Shown here: positions 1 through 13,154 of the stretch, piece after piece | Layout: each line of letters opens with the position of its first letter | Numbering within the stretch: the first letter of the stretch is position 1 | Assembly: GCF_036321535.1 (NCBI RefSeq) | Contig: NC_087437.1 | Coordinates: 69,566,001-69,630,000, forward strand | Reading direction: 5' to 3' | DNA from: Camelus dromedarius | Lineage: Eukaryota | DNA length: 64,000 nucleotides | Translations under genes and position numbers: made by a program | The notes under the pieces: model-generated | Databases searched by the model: none | Seen by the model: only the letters and a program-made list of their open reading frames with translations | What the model was told of the DNA's origin: nothing

Positions 1-899
1 TATTTTAAATCTTATATTGCATCACATCTCAACATACCCACTTGAGGTGTTCATATTTCAAAAGGGCATGACAACAACATCTTGTTAGGGAGAGATTTTT
101 TTCTAGTGTGGTTTATTTATGTGACTATGCTTCTTCTCCCAGGGGATAGTCTTCCCAGAGTCTGGCTGTGGAACAGGTAATACTTTACTAAACTGTAGCT
201 GTGGAGAACCCATAGGTTGTAAATTTCAATGATTATTATTTTTTATGAAATTGACGTTTCAGATGATGGTGGTACCATGACACCAAAAAATGACCTGCAA
301 TATTCAGGGGTGAGCCACTGAACAGTAACAGAAGGACCATACAAATTTAAAAAAAAAAAGAAGAAGAAGACAGTAAAGTATAGTTTCTTGAAGAAGCATA
401 TTAAAAAGATCAAAGTGATAGTGAAATTGTTGAAATAGGCAGATATAAACACAATGAAATTAATTAAGGTGAGTACAGGTTAATTTACTTGGGAGCCAAA
501 CAAACCATTATAGAAGAGACAATGGGACTCACAATGTATTTGCTATGGCTCACTTAGACATGAAGAAGTCAGGGATAGGTTGTGTGACTCCTGTGGACTT
601 CCCACAATTAATTTTGGTAACTTGACTGTGGACGTCAGGTAAGGTTTGTCCTAAATTTCCTCATGAGATGTCACAGTAGGTCTGACTTAGGCCTTTCCTA
701 AGAGGGAAAAGCCGAGGTCCCATAAATAAAGATGCTTTCCTAGGGTGGTCAGAAGCAAAGGGGACAGGGAACAAGTTCAAATAGATGCTCAGGGAGATAA
801 AAATTGTCTAGATCAGAAACTTGAGAGTGATCCTGGCTTCCTTCTCTTCTTGTCCCCCAGCAATGATTCATTTGACACATGGTTTTGAGTCTACCTTCT

Positions 900-1485
900 T
901 AATAGCCACCATTCCCCTCTCCATGTTGTTATTGTCACAATGTAGATAAACCAACAATGTCTCCAATTTTTCAGTTGGGCCTCTTGCTGCTAGATATTTA
1001 CCCCTACTACAAAAATACTATTTCTAAATTTAGAAGTGGTGGAGTTAATTTTCCTGCTTAATTTCCCAATTTCCCATTGCCTTTGGGATAATGTTCAAAA
1101 TAAGCATAGCAAAGCCCTTCATTCAACTTATTTTCCTGTAATCACTCAACTTAATGTAGTAGGTAAATTATACTATTTGTATTTCAAGAATATGCCTTGT
1201 CCACTTGCTTTGGGGCCTTTACACATCCTGATTTTCTTCTTGAAACATGATTTCTCATCTGACTTGTATCATCATTTTGCCAGTATAACTTCTTTTTGCA
1301 AGACTTTCAAGATGACACTCCCTACAGGAAGCCATATAATAGAAGTAATAAAATTGCATTTTAATTATATGCAATCTCTAGATTATAAGATCCATAAAAA
1401 TGCAAAAACTGTGTCCTACTTCTGTCTGTATTCTCAGCATTTTGCTTGGCATATTATAAGTGCTCAATCAGTTGAGTTATTCAGT
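900..1485 (+). mobile_element. LINE2 3' fragment
   Basis: Degenerate L2 body ending cagcattttgcttggcatattataagtgctcaatc, resembling the L2 3' terminus. Confidence 0.6.
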
Positions 1486-1849
1486 TAAGGGCTTTATAAA
1501 AATAGTATTGGTGGGAAATAACTCATCATGAAATGTAAACTAAATACTCATTGATAAGTCATTAAAGCATGAATGATTAGAAGGCAAACTGCAAATGATA
1601 CAATAGATACATGTAACTAAGGCTATCCAACTAATAGTTTTGTTGTTCTCTTACTGAGAAGGTTTTGGAAATTTCAGGTCCTGTTCAGATCTGTTTCTTC
1701 CTGTGTTGCCGTGTTATGCTGATTTGCTTCTGTTGGACTCTCATCAGTATCTACTGGGCTAAGAGAAAATGCTCTGAAATTCTCACATTCTTATATCAGC
1801 CCCTTTATCTCTCTTTATCACTAATTTATTATCAGAAATTGTTTTTGTC

Positions 1850-2000
1850 CTCAGCAGTTATCATGTTTAGTAATTGCCCTGATTGTTTATCTTTTTACCG
1901 TTGTCCTCATGAAAGCAGGCACCTACATGCTCTTAGTCCCATTACCATGCCAAGCACAGAGCAAGTGCTCAGTAAAACTTTACTGAATTAATAAATGAAT
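1850..2000 (+). mobile_element. LINE2 3' end
   Basis: ccaagcacagagcaagtgctcagtaaaactttactgaattaataaatgaat. Confidence 0.6.
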
Positions 2001-2679
2001 TACTTACTCTAGATAAATGTCAGACTCTGTTAGGACCTGCTTAAAGTTTAGACTTTAAGAAGAGAATCTTCAAAAACTGTAGTTTTGTAGTTTTGAAGAT
2101 ACATTTGTATCATATGTATCTCAAATATATAGGACATTGTCTTTCTGTGAGATACACTGTAAAATGTCTGCTGCAGCTTTCTGTAACTGGGAAAAGTACT
2201 TTTTTAAAAAAAAGTATGTGGTAAGAAATCTCTCAACACTGTCACACCAATGAATTAGTGTTCTAGTAGGGGTTGGGGGTTGTGTGGCAGGAGGTCAGGC
2301 CCACCCTGCTTCTGGTCATAGAGAATAGTTCACAGGTTGAGTCAGCCTTAAAAAAGAACCTCCACTACAGAGCTGTACGTTTTATAACATCTCCTGTGAC
2401 GCCTATAAACCATCCCTTCTGGCTATAGCTACCTGTAGCATAATTTTCACCTCCACTAGTAGATAATCAAATGGATTTCCATATCTGGCCAATCATCAGA
2501 ATTAACTAGAGGCAAAAGTTTTAAAAAATACAGATTCCCTGCCTCACCCCACACTTAAATCATCTCTTTTGGTAAATTCTGGGATTCTGTGGGAGTGAAT
2601 CCTCTCAGTGAGTCAGATGACGAGCCACATGACATAATGATGACTTTGTAAGCACAGAAGAGCAAAAAGATCTAAAGAA

Positions 2680-2812
2680 GTGATCAGATTGGAGAATCTT
2701 GTTAAAATGCAAATTCTGATTCAGTGGGCCTGGGACGGGGCCTGAAATTCTCTGCCTTTCTAAAAAGCACCCGGATATTGTTGGCTCTGCTGGACCATGG
2801 ACCACAGTTTCA
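2680..2812. mobile_element. MER5-family hAT-Charlie MITE (another fragment at about 2490-2570)
   Basis: cttgttaaaatgcaaattctgattcagtgggcctgggacggggcctgaaattctctg...ggaccacagttt. Confidence 0.75.
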
Positions 2813-3037
2813 GCCTGAATCTCTGGATCTCAAGATCAATATAGGTTGGAAGCTCCTGGGATATTATAAATAGCCTAGCCCAAAGGAACACCTGGGGAAG
2901 TCCTAGAATGTATATAGTATTCACCAAATATTATTATAGGGTTTTATATTTTAATTTCTCTCTTTCACTCTAGAGATTCAGAGATTGTTTAGAGAATAGT
3001 AAAAATAATTACAGTTTTGAGAACTAGGATTGCTCCT

Positions 3038-3200
3038 TGCCTATCAAGGTTGAACCATGATCAACAGAATTGGCATCACCTTGGAGCTTTATAGAAATGC
3101 AGAATATTGGGCCCCACTCCAGACCCACTGAATTAGAATCTGCATTTTATCAAGATCCCCAAGTGATTTGTATGCACATTAAGCTTTGAAAAGCCCTGGG
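3038..3200. mobile_element. MER5A-like MITE
   Basis: ggcatcaccttggagctttatagaaatgcagaatattgggccccactccagacccactgaattagaatctgcatttt...gaaaagccctg. Confidence 0.85.
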
Positions 3201-3529
3201 TTAGAGATGAGAGTCTTTGTATGCAGAGAAAGCTGTTTTCCTTAGTATTTAAAGTGTAGAAATTGAAGAATTTTCTCCTCTTTCCTACTAAAGTAGTAAT
3301 CCTAAATTTCATCTCTACCTGCCTTCCTTCCAAATATATTCTTTCCAAGAAAACTGAAAAAATAAAAGGTGTAAGGATAGGGATGGGGTTACAATACTGG
3401 GCCATTGAATATTTATCACTTGGAAACGGGAACCATTCGTTGCTTTATCTACTACATCAGCTGCTAAATATTGCAGGAAAATTTTAGTTGAGTGTATGAA
3501 TACTGTCTGAATGACAGTAGCCACTTTTC

Positions 3530-3930
3530 TCATCATCTTTTGTAATGGCTTTATCTACAAAATGTAGATGATAATATGTGCCCTGCCTGCCTTGTGCTGT
3601 TGCTTTGAGGGATCAAATGAGATAATGAATATGAAAGTAGTTTGAAAAGTATAAAGCAGTCTCGAAATTTAAGGGATTAAGAAGAATGACTTGGTAGAAA
3701 GAGTGAAGAATTTCCAGTCAGAAACTCTGAGTTCAAGTCTTATTGTCCACCATTTACTTTTCAGGGGTTTTGGGTAAGGCCTTTAAGCTCTTTACTTTCC
3801 ATCTGTGAAATAAGAATAATCTAATGCCTGCTTACCTGGCGGGATTCCTGTGTTGTCTCAAGGGAGATGGCGTACATAAAAGTGATTTACTAGTGATAAA
3901 GCGTTTCCAAGGGCTGTTTGATGTTACCAT
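3530..3930 (+). mobile_element. Two adjacent MIR SINEs
   Basis: MIR core motifs atctacaaaatg...atcaaatgagataatg and gagttcaagtc...ttccatctgtgaaat. Confidence 0.7.
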
Positions 3931-4053
3931 TATCTTAGATTATGCAAAGCAAAATATAGACTTACATGACAGTCATTTTGGTTACGTAGTGGAAAAACTG
4001 ACTGCAGAACTGTGAAGCACTCCATTTGACCAAAATAAGCAATAAAACCAGAG

Positions 4054-4245
4054 CAGTGCTTCTCAGAGTGTGGTCCCCAAACCAGCAACAGTAACATCAC
4101 CTAAGCACTTGTTAGAAATGCAAATTATCAGAACCCAGGCCATACCCACATGAACCAGAAACTCTAGGAGTGGTGTCCAAGGCTGTGTATAGTTTAACAA
4201 GTCTGCCAGATGATTCTGATGCACCATGAACTCATAGAACTCTTG
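4054..4245. mobile_element. Full-length MER5A
   Basis: Starts cagtgcttctcagagtgtggtcccc, contains cttgttagaaatgcaaatt and gatgattctgatgcac, about 190 bp. Confidence 0.9.
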
Positions 4246-5617
4246 CACTAAAGAAAAGACATCTTTTTGAGGTAGAATTGTGTGCTATTTTTAGTAAGCA
4301 CAAGTATAGGAACATTTGAGATTCTCTGTAATCATGAAATCAGTAGGAAACACTGAGATGACCTGGTTAATGTGTGTATGGTGTGTTTTAAGCTATGCAG
4401 TGTATAAATGCACTATCACATCTCTATGGTTAGCATTTCTGTCACTTTAGATGAAGAGGTTCAGAAGTAACAAATGCACAGAAATTCCTACTTTGTCTTT
4501 TTCCATCTACAGTCTAATAATATTTGAGGCTAACATATCAGTTTAAATGTGCATACATTTCTGCAATCCTCATCCTTCTCTAGGCGTACATGTTCATTTT
4601 CAAATCTCCCAGCACATTGAGGCTGTAATTAATTCTAATAAAACGGAAAAACCTCAATAGATAACTCAAATGGGGTCACACTGCTCACAAAAGACATGCC
4701 AATGCAGTTACCCCATGTCACTTAAACATTTGTGAGAAGCAGACTTATTTACCAAAAAAAAACTTGCCATTTTCTTAATGTGCCATCATCTTCATTTTAT
4801 GTATCAAATGAGGTATTTTTCTCAAGTTGATCAAGAATTCAAAAGCCCAGAAGGCTCAGTGAAGTCACATGATTGTTAAACTGTGACTTTGTCTGCTGTT
4901 GACTAAAGTGTTAAAATCTGATGAGGGAAAGAGAAAAGAAAAGAAAAAAAAACTTTAATAATTCAGTTGGCAAATATCAATGCAAATCAGATCTAATTCT
5001 TCAAGGTATTCTGGTAATAAAAACTGAAATGTCAGTCTTTGAATGACATCAGTCTTTTTTAAAAAATTTTTTTGGTCTGGTCACTGAAGCTTTATGCTGT
5101 TTTGCCTGTGGCAAGACAGGTCTGGATCAGGGAATGATGGATTTGAAAGGAAAATAGTTACAGAAAGTTAGTCTTCATGGGATAATACAAGATACATTTT
5201 GTATTTTTAAAAATCCTCATTACCCCCAAAATAAATAAATAAATAAAGCCATGAGAAATTTGCTTTCAATTGCAACAAATTATAAATTTCACACTTTCCC
5301 CTTAGAACAAAAGTCATTTGAAATAAAATGTGTGGTATTGAGGACTTGGCTGCCCACAGCTTAGTGTCCTTTGGTATGGACACAGAAGTAGGCAGTTCTT
5401 TGAGTAGCTCTGGAATTTAGACAGCTTACTTTAGGAGCCATTTGGGAGAAGACAGGTGGATTCCTTTTGTTTGTGAAGAGAGAAGAGGAGGACATCTTTT
5501 ATTTTCACAGAAGTAAATACTTGTGGTACTCTGCTGGCTGCATCTGTTATGACCTCTACAAGCCCACTTATTTAAAATAATTAAGTCAGCCCACTTATTT
5601 TTTTTAACTGTCACTAT

Positions 5618-6027
5618 TGTATATCATGCAGCTTGGGCTGTCATAATAAAATACCATAGACTGGGGACCTTAAACAATAGATATTTATTTTCTCACAGTT
5701 CTGGAGGCAGGAAGTCCATGAGCAGGGTGCAGCATGGTCAGGTTCTAGTGAGAACTCTCCTCCTGGCTTGTAGACCATTGGCATCTCACTGTGTGCTCAC
5801 CAGACCTCTTTTGGTGTGTGCACAACCGAGAGAGAGGAAACAGGCAAACTCTCTGGTACTTCTTACTGTGAGAGCACTAATCCCACCAATCCCACCACGA
5901 GAGCCCTGCCCTCATGAATTTATCTAAATCTAATTATCTCCCAAAGGCCCCATCTCCAAGCGTGGTCACATCAGGGGGCAGGGCTTCAGCATATGAATTT
6001 GCAGGGAACACAGTTCAGTTGGAAGCA
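5618..6027 (-). mobile_element. MLT1A-type MaLR solo LTR
   Basis: TG...CA ends; aaataccatagactgg, tttattttctcacagttctggaggc, ctcccaaaggccccatctcc. Confidence 0.9.
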
Positions 6028-7394
6028 TATAGTGTCTGATCTCGTGATGCTGAGCATATGGACTCTAGGCTCATCTGTCTTTCTCTGAGATCCTGGGTCA
6101 CAGACTTGCAATGCCTCTGTTCTCACATTTCTTTAAGACTGGATACATCCTGGAGTTAAATCCTCTCTGAGACTCAGGATGTGCAGCCGTAATCCAGAGA
6201 CCAAATGGGAAGGCAATAGCAGTGCTTGCTCTCCTCCCCGAGTCCGAATGTCCCGTGGGTAGAAGAAACCTCAGTATACCTTCTCCAGAAAGCCAAAGAA
6301 GCAGTAGGAAGCATGTCCCTTTTGGTCATTCCTGTAGCACACGCAGGGCAGGCTGAAAGGAGAATCAGCTTTATAGTGTGAGCAGCTGTAACGATCTGCC
6401 TTTGGCAGTTCTGTCGCTGCCTGTTGCTAGAGCTCATTCCCCAGGAACGTTTAAGCACTCTGAGGTGTCCAGAGCAGGGTGCCAGAGTGCCTCAGGGGCT
6501 CCGCTGAGCCCACTGTGCCCTGTTGCTACACCCTTAAGTATATATGTGAATCTTCACTCAGACCTGCTTCTTGTCCACCGTGTGGTTCTGCCAAGAACGT
6601 GTCTACCAGCAGCCGTGACCCACAATCTTATTCTGTCTTGCTGTGTAAGGGTGGGTGATTGATGACTCGGGGTGGGATAAAGGGCTGCTACTAATGGCCA
6701 GCCTGTAAGCACATCTTCTTGCTTCTGACCTGATCCTAAATAGTGTCTTCTTATGGGTATAGGCTTAGAGTTGTTTTAGCAGAGCCAGAAAATCCTTTTT
6801 TTTTTTTTTTTTTTTTTAAATCTCAGCTGCCTCAGGCAGCACCTTTCTGTGTTGGGACAGATTCTCGGTATGTACTGAAACACCAAGACAAGGTGCTGGT
6901 TCTTTTTCTTGGGTGCTTCTATCTTAAATGAGAGTGTTTCACAAGATTTGGACAAATGAAAGTGACAATTTAGATCTTTTCTCACCACACATACCATTAC
7001 TGTTACTATTATTGCTACTACTGTTGCCGTCACTAGTAACAACCTCACTAATTTCAACCACTATTGTTAATGCTGGAATTTCTACTCCATGCCAGCCATG
7101 TCCAAGGTATTCAGCATTTGTAATTGCTAATGTTCATAGTAGCTCCTGGCCAATTATCCATGAATGAGTCCATGAATCTTCAGAATCCATTCCCAACCCA
7201 AGCCCAGAGCTCAATGGGCAATAACTTAGGAATTAAGAACTGGACCTGAGACCATTGCCAAGGAGCATTCGTGGCTTTGATCGGGAACAGATTAAAATCT
7301 ACCAGATATTAATAGAGTCTCTATGTGAATTTTTCTTCTGGTTGGCCCTTCATAAGAAACCAACCAAACATATAACAAGTGATACAAAGGCTGT

Positions 7395-7500
7395 ATATAT
7401 TTACATTATTCATATTATATACATTTGCTTATACAGATATACATTTAGATATATACATATATACACATATTTTTATACTATTTATATGAATTTAATATTA
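7395..7500. repeat. TA/CA-rich low-complexity tract
   Basis: tatatatttacattattcatattatatac...atatacatatatacacatat. Confidence 0.7.
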
Positions 7501-7679
7501 TTGAAACTTTTAGGTTTTTCAAAATAAATATTCCCATACCTTGTGATGTCTCAGTTTACAGCAGTAAGAAACCAAAGTACAAAGCTGCATTCCTGAGACT
7601 CAGTTGTAGTCACAAACCACACAATTCCCTTTGTAACGTTCACCAAACTATCCTGATATCTTCATCATCAAAATATATT

Positions 7680-8150
7680 GGTATATGCGTTTCCTAGGGC
7701 AGCCACGATGAATTACCACAAGTATCATGACTTAAAACAACAGAAATTTATTCTTTCGCAATTCAGAAGTCCAAAATCAAGGTGTCATCAGGGCCACACT
7801 CCCTCTGAAGTCTCTAGGGAATGACCTTTCCTTGCCTCTTCCAGTTTCTGGTTGCTCCTGACGTCCCTTGGCTCGTGGCGGCATAGCTCCAGTCTCTGTG
7901 TGTGTCCTCACGTGGCGTTTCCTTCTGTGTCTCTGTATCTGGATGTTTTAAATCTCCCTTTCTTTTCTCTTTATAAGGGCACCAGTCACTGGATTTAGCG
8001 TCCACCCTAAATCTAGAATGATCTCATCTTGAGATCCTTAAATTAAATGCCTCTGCAAAGATTGTTTTTCCAAGTAAGATCACACTCACTGGTTCTGGGA
8101 GCTAGGACTTCTAACATATTTTTTTGGCAGCCACTATTCAACCCACTACA
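7680..8150 (-). mobile_element. MLT1C-type MaLR solo LTR
   Basis: ttaaaacaacagaaatttattct, aatcaaggtgtcatcagggccacactccctctgaag, ends attcaacccactaca. Confidence 0.9.
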
Positions 8151-8439
8151 GTCTGCTTTGCAGAGGAAAAAAAAAAATAGAGAATAATGAAATTTGAGTG
8201 GAACAAAACTAAATGACTTTTGAAAGGCAGAGTATGGGAATCTCCAAGTGTTGCCACATTCAAATTAAATGTAATGAGACCTTTCCTTTATTATCAAGCA
8301 ATCTGAAGAGAAGAGATTTGAAATACTGTGCAATTCTCTGAATTTACCTATGAAGACAAAGGGCTTTATAGAAAAACACAAAACGTTGCTATGTTTGTTA
8401 GTAAGAGGATAAAATTAGAAAGTAGGCTAACCTGCGTTT

Positions 8440-8605
8440 GTGTTTTAGATATGAGTTGCTAACTGTGTGATTGTGGCAAAATGACTTCTTTTAGCCATGT
8501 GATGACCTAAAAAAATGGGGCATAATATGACTTTCTCATTATTGTTGCGGAAATGAAAGAGATAATGTTCATGAGGTACTTCCCACGGAGCCTGACCTCT
8601 TAAGC
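8440..8605 (+). mobile_element. MIR fragment
   Basis: ctgtgtgattgtggcaaaatgact...aaaatgggg...gagataatg. Confidence 0.55.
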
Positions 8606-9763
8606 TCTTAATAAAGATAGTTGCTAGTATTGTTGTTCCATGAAAATTTCTGATGGAAAAAGGTCTGGTTTGTGTGCAAAGGCACCAATTCCCAAGTGAC
8701 CATGCTTATAGGAAGAACCAAGAAAAACAACCCAGCTAAGCATGACACATTTTCATCTTTCCTTTGCCCCAGTGCTTTAGCTGTAGACAATTTTCTCTCT
8801 GTTTTACCCAGGCTTGAACACAGTGAAATAATACATCTTGTTCCTTCAGACATTGCTTATAATGGATCTGTTAGATGTCCTATTTAAACCCTCATGGTTT
8901 TGCAAATAGCAAGAATTATAAAACACTCAAATGTGAGGTAAAAAAAGAAATATGCAACATGATTCAGAGGCGAGCTGCCAGTGTGAGTTTAGGGCAAAAG
9001 GTTAGCAGAGAGGACGTTTGTCTACAGCTGAGAAACAGAAGCCCCATCTGGCTCAACCTGTGCAAACTTCCTTTCTGTATGAACAGTTTGCCCACAACAG
9101 CTGTAACCTCCACTACCCCTTGGCTAGTGTCTCTCCCGTAACCTTAATTATGACTTTCCCTTAGTCTCTGGCTGCACTGGGATGTTTTTTCCAAGGATGT
9201 GCTTTTCTATTTCTCTAGCAATGCACAGAGGGACGAAGGGTGCATGGTGCAGCTGGGCAGGCAGCCAGACCTGCACATTCAAAAGGCCTGTCAGATGGCA
9301 TCCAAAGCTTCTTTCAGCATGGCTTTCTGCCTCATTTCTCCTTCCTGATCTCTTGTGTTCTCCACTGTCTGGCACTAGGAAAATATTCTCCATCATTTTC
9401 TTCCTTCCTTTGATGGCCCTCACTCCAAGTTGTTCTAATCTTTAAGTTAAAGGTTTAAGCAACAGAAGTCTAAGCAACTCCCATTTGGGGAGCATAAGGG
9501 CCAGTAGACCGTATGTGGTACAGTGGATAATTGTCTGCTTTGCCCTTTTCTTGCTGGCTTTGACCCCCTTGGTCAAATATAAATAGAGATTCTGTATGAA
9601 CTTGCTTCCTTCAGTCTTAATGAACTTTGGTATTTTTCATTCCAGGGTCACCCTACTCATCATATGTGGAAAGAAGCTATTGCTTCCTAATATTTAAAGC
9701 CAAAGTAAAGGGAAATGATAGAGAAAGAAAACATTGTGATAAATGAGTTATTGTTAAGGGGAA

Positions 9764-10267
9764 TGTGGTAGACAGAATAATGCTGCCCCCATAGCTATAT
9801 TGTAATTTTCAGAATCTGTGAATATGTTATTGTAATTAGCCAAAAGGACTTTGCAGGTGTGATTAAGTTACAATCTTGAGATGGGGAGATTCGTCTGGGT
9901 TATCTGTGCAGATCGAATGTAATCATAGAGGTCCTTATCAGAGGGAAGCAGGAGGGTGAGAGTGAAGAAGATGTGATGACAAGAGCAGTGATTGTAGACA
10001 GAGAGTGAAATTTGGAAATACTACACTGCTGGCATGGAGATAGAGGAAGGGGCCATGAGCCAAGGAATGCAGGCAGCTTCTAGAAGCTAGGAAAGGCAAG
10101 GAAACAGATTTTGCCCTAATGTCTCCAGAAGGAACAAAGCTCTACTGACACTTTGGTTTTAAGCCCAGTGAGACCCATTTGAGACTTCTTACCTCTAGAA
10201 ATGGCTTACTGTTTCCAGGCACTAAACTTGTGGCAGTTTGTTATAGCAGTATTAGGACACTAATGCA
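9764..10267 (+). mobile_element. MLT1D MaLR solo LTR
   Basis: tgtggtagacagaataatg...ggactttgcaggtgtgattaag...ggccatgagccaaggaatgcaggcagcttctagaagc...actaatgca, about 500 bp. Confidence 0.92.
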
Positions 10268-11209
10268 TGGAGTGACCCTTTACAGTTGTTCATAGCCAGA
10301 CATGCAGGGTTTTAGGGTGCAAAAAAGATACTAAACATATGTCTGCACAGAATTACCTGTTTCAGCATAGTGGGGAATTGAGGTGCTGGGATCCATGATA
10401 TTATCGTGTGTTTTATTACTGGTTACTGATATTCAAAGAATTTTATTGTGATAAAATATAATGCAAAAATATGCCAATGGAAACTTCATTTTTTCCCCTT
10501 TCTTTTCATCTTTTCTTCCCTTTATGATCTACAAAGCATTTTAGGAACTTGCACAGCCTCAGGGTAATCGTTGTGAACATCAATTATCATTGTACCACTG
10601 AAGCGCAGAAGCAACTGCGAGTAGTAGCATTTCCACGTGATGAACACTGGATAAACCATCATTTAGTATGATGTAGTGCCTAGACTATATCTGTTAAACT
10701 GCAGCATTGGGAATACTGCATACTATCTCAGAATTAAAATACCAGTATCAGGTGTTTGCCTTGAAATTTCCTGGAGAGAGAGAGGATGAGAGATAGAAGG
10801 GTTCTGCAGTGACTATCAAGAGCTACTTTTAAATGCTGGTGCTAGAACTCACCATCAATGACGTCCACTAGAACAGCAGTTGCATAAGCCATTGCTTTGT
10901 TTTAGTTTCACTTGGTGAGCGTGTGGGATGTCCTTGATTTCTGGTGTCATGAACCTGCTATATGGATACACTACTTTTCTTCCCAACACTTGATAAAATG
11001 TAAGTTACTTGAGGGAGGAGCCAATAGCTTCTTTTCTCACTCCCCTTCTCCATGTGTGATGGCTAACTGTACTATGTAGAATAGAGCCAAGTTCACAGCA
11101 CATACTCAATGACTAAGTAAGTTAATATTGAATTATTTGAATGACGGCAGCTAACACTGATGCTTTCCCGCCCGTGCTTCAGCTGACCCCAGACGTACGT
11201 AGGGAGAGG

Positions 11210-11470
11210 TGGGCATCATGGTTTGAGGAGGCTTGGTGCTGATGCATGGTAACTGTAGTCACACCGCCCGGGGTGGAGTCCTGGCCCCATTAACCCTGTC
11301 TGAGGTGTGGAAAAACTTTACTTAACCTTCTCAAGCCTCAGTTTCCTCATCTGCAAAAAAAGGAAGAATGGTCCCTGTCTTGGCTGGTTATTGTGAGTAT
11401 AGAGTGAGTGGCACTTACAACCTGCTCTAGAATAGGGCTGGGCATTTACTGAGGAATCTACAAATCACAG
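11210..11470 (+). mobile_element. MIR SINE
   Basis: ttacttaaccttctcaagcctcagtttcctcatctgcaaaa. Confidence 0.8.
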
Positions 11471-11656
11471 ATTTCTGCTCTTCTCAGTGGGTGGAGACAG
11501 AAACAAAACCAGGGCATAAAATGACTTAGGCAAAGTCCCCAATCACAGAAGGAAAATCTGACTCAAATCCTACTCTCTTTTCCCTCTATACTGTGTAAAT
11601 ATCTGAGTGTTCAGAACCATGATTTAATCTCTTCTTTTTCCTTTTTTGTCTCTTCC

Positions 11657-11659
<3 letters not shown>

Positions 11660-11708
<49 letters not shown>
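11660..11708. repeat. (CA)24 microsatellite
   Basis: Perfect CA run. Confidence 0.98.
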
Positions 11709-11710
<2 letters not shown>

Positions 11711-12949
11711 CTGCATCACTGCCCGGCTTCATTTTCTAGGGAGAAGCACTGGGGAACTCCACATGTCCCTGTCAGGACCTGCTCGTAGCAGAAGTCAGCG
11801 TGCCATGACAGAAGCTGTGTGCTTCGGGGGCCAGACCCCTGCAGAGAGGTACGGGTATCACATCCAGCCCTCAAAAGGCACTCAAGTTTGTCCTCCTTCC
11901 CATGGGAGCCTGTGGTCATCTCTCTGCCCACCAACCACGGTGTTCATACTGTGTTCTACCCTTTATAAATCTGCTAAATCCAGGAAATCGGAAAAGCCCC
12001 TCTGCAGAAGGGGTTCACCAAATCATACCCAGGTTTCCAAGGAGGCAGGGCTGCCCTCACACTCCGAAGACTTAGAGATAGAGATCTGTCTCTTGTCAAA
12101 TGAAAGGCAGCCTTGAGGACTTGAATTACTTTTCTTATCCTTCTTTTGCCTCAAGCTCATCCGGAAAAGCAGGCCCTCTACTTTGTGATATGATGGGGCT
12201 CACGTATTGGGATAAGCACAGCATATTAGCTCTGCAGGAGCTGCCAAAAGGGACAGTAGTTGTTTTGCGCTTTAGGTTTTGAGGAGAAGAGAATTTGACA
12301 AATGGTCCATTTCCCTTGGGGATGAGGAAGTGGCCAGTCTGGGCTAGCAAGAGAAGAGGATGACAAAGACCAAGGGAACACAAACTGACATGGAGGGAAA
12401 AGAAACATGGTTCAAGTTGCAAATTCTGCCGCCTGTGATCTGGAAGATTCCCGTCACCCAATACACCAGCTGAACAGCTCTCTGAGCAGGGGCTGATCTC
12501 AAAGCCACATCATCAATGCCCACACTCCAATCCTGGCATCATTTTTCAAGGGATTTGTTTTGTATTCGCAATGTTAACACTCTGAGCAGGGAAAAGATGC
12601 CAGCCCTGTGAGCAGCAGCAACACAGCTTGGTAATTGGTTTTTAAACGCTTTCTTGCTTTAAATTGATACCATGGGTCTGTCGTTCTTCTTCCCTGGAGG
12701 AATTTCAATCTTTTATTTTTTGAAGGGTGACTTTTTCTTGATCTATGAGAATTAAGTTCTATGCAATTTCTGCCTAAGAAAGGACTCTAGCAGGAGATTA
12801 TCCTACCAAGAGGCTGCTGGAGAGGACCCAGAACCAGGAGATGGGAAAAGTGGGTTTTGCTTCTGACTGCCCCTGACTCTCTCTGTCAACTGAGACCACT
12901 CTTCCTCTCAAAGCATCTCTCTTCTTATAAATAAAATGTGAAGCTAGCC

Positions 12950-13115
12950 TAGAGCTGGTTTCTCAGACTTTGACATACAGAGCAATCACCAGGGGATTTT
13001 ACTAAAATGTAGATTCTGACTCAGCATGTCTTGGGTAGGGCCTGGGGTGGTACATCTGAGTTCCCAGGTGAAGCCCTTGGGAATCTGTGGATCCCATTTT
13101 GAGCAGCAAAGGTCA
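12950..13115. mobile_element. MER5-family MITE
   Basis: ggtttctcagactttgac...aatcaccaggggattttactaaaatgtagattctgactcag. Confidence 0.75.
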
Positions 13116-13154
13116 AGAATGTTGTTTCTCCAAGTGTGGTCTACCACCAACCCA

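Noticed and set aside
1036..1488. 150-aa ORF
   Set aside because: It lies within a decayed L2, has a non-ATG start and no protein-like character.
11646..12116. 156-aa ORF with THTHTH repeat
   Set aside because: The repeat is the translated (CA)n microsatellite, and the remainder has no recognisable domain.
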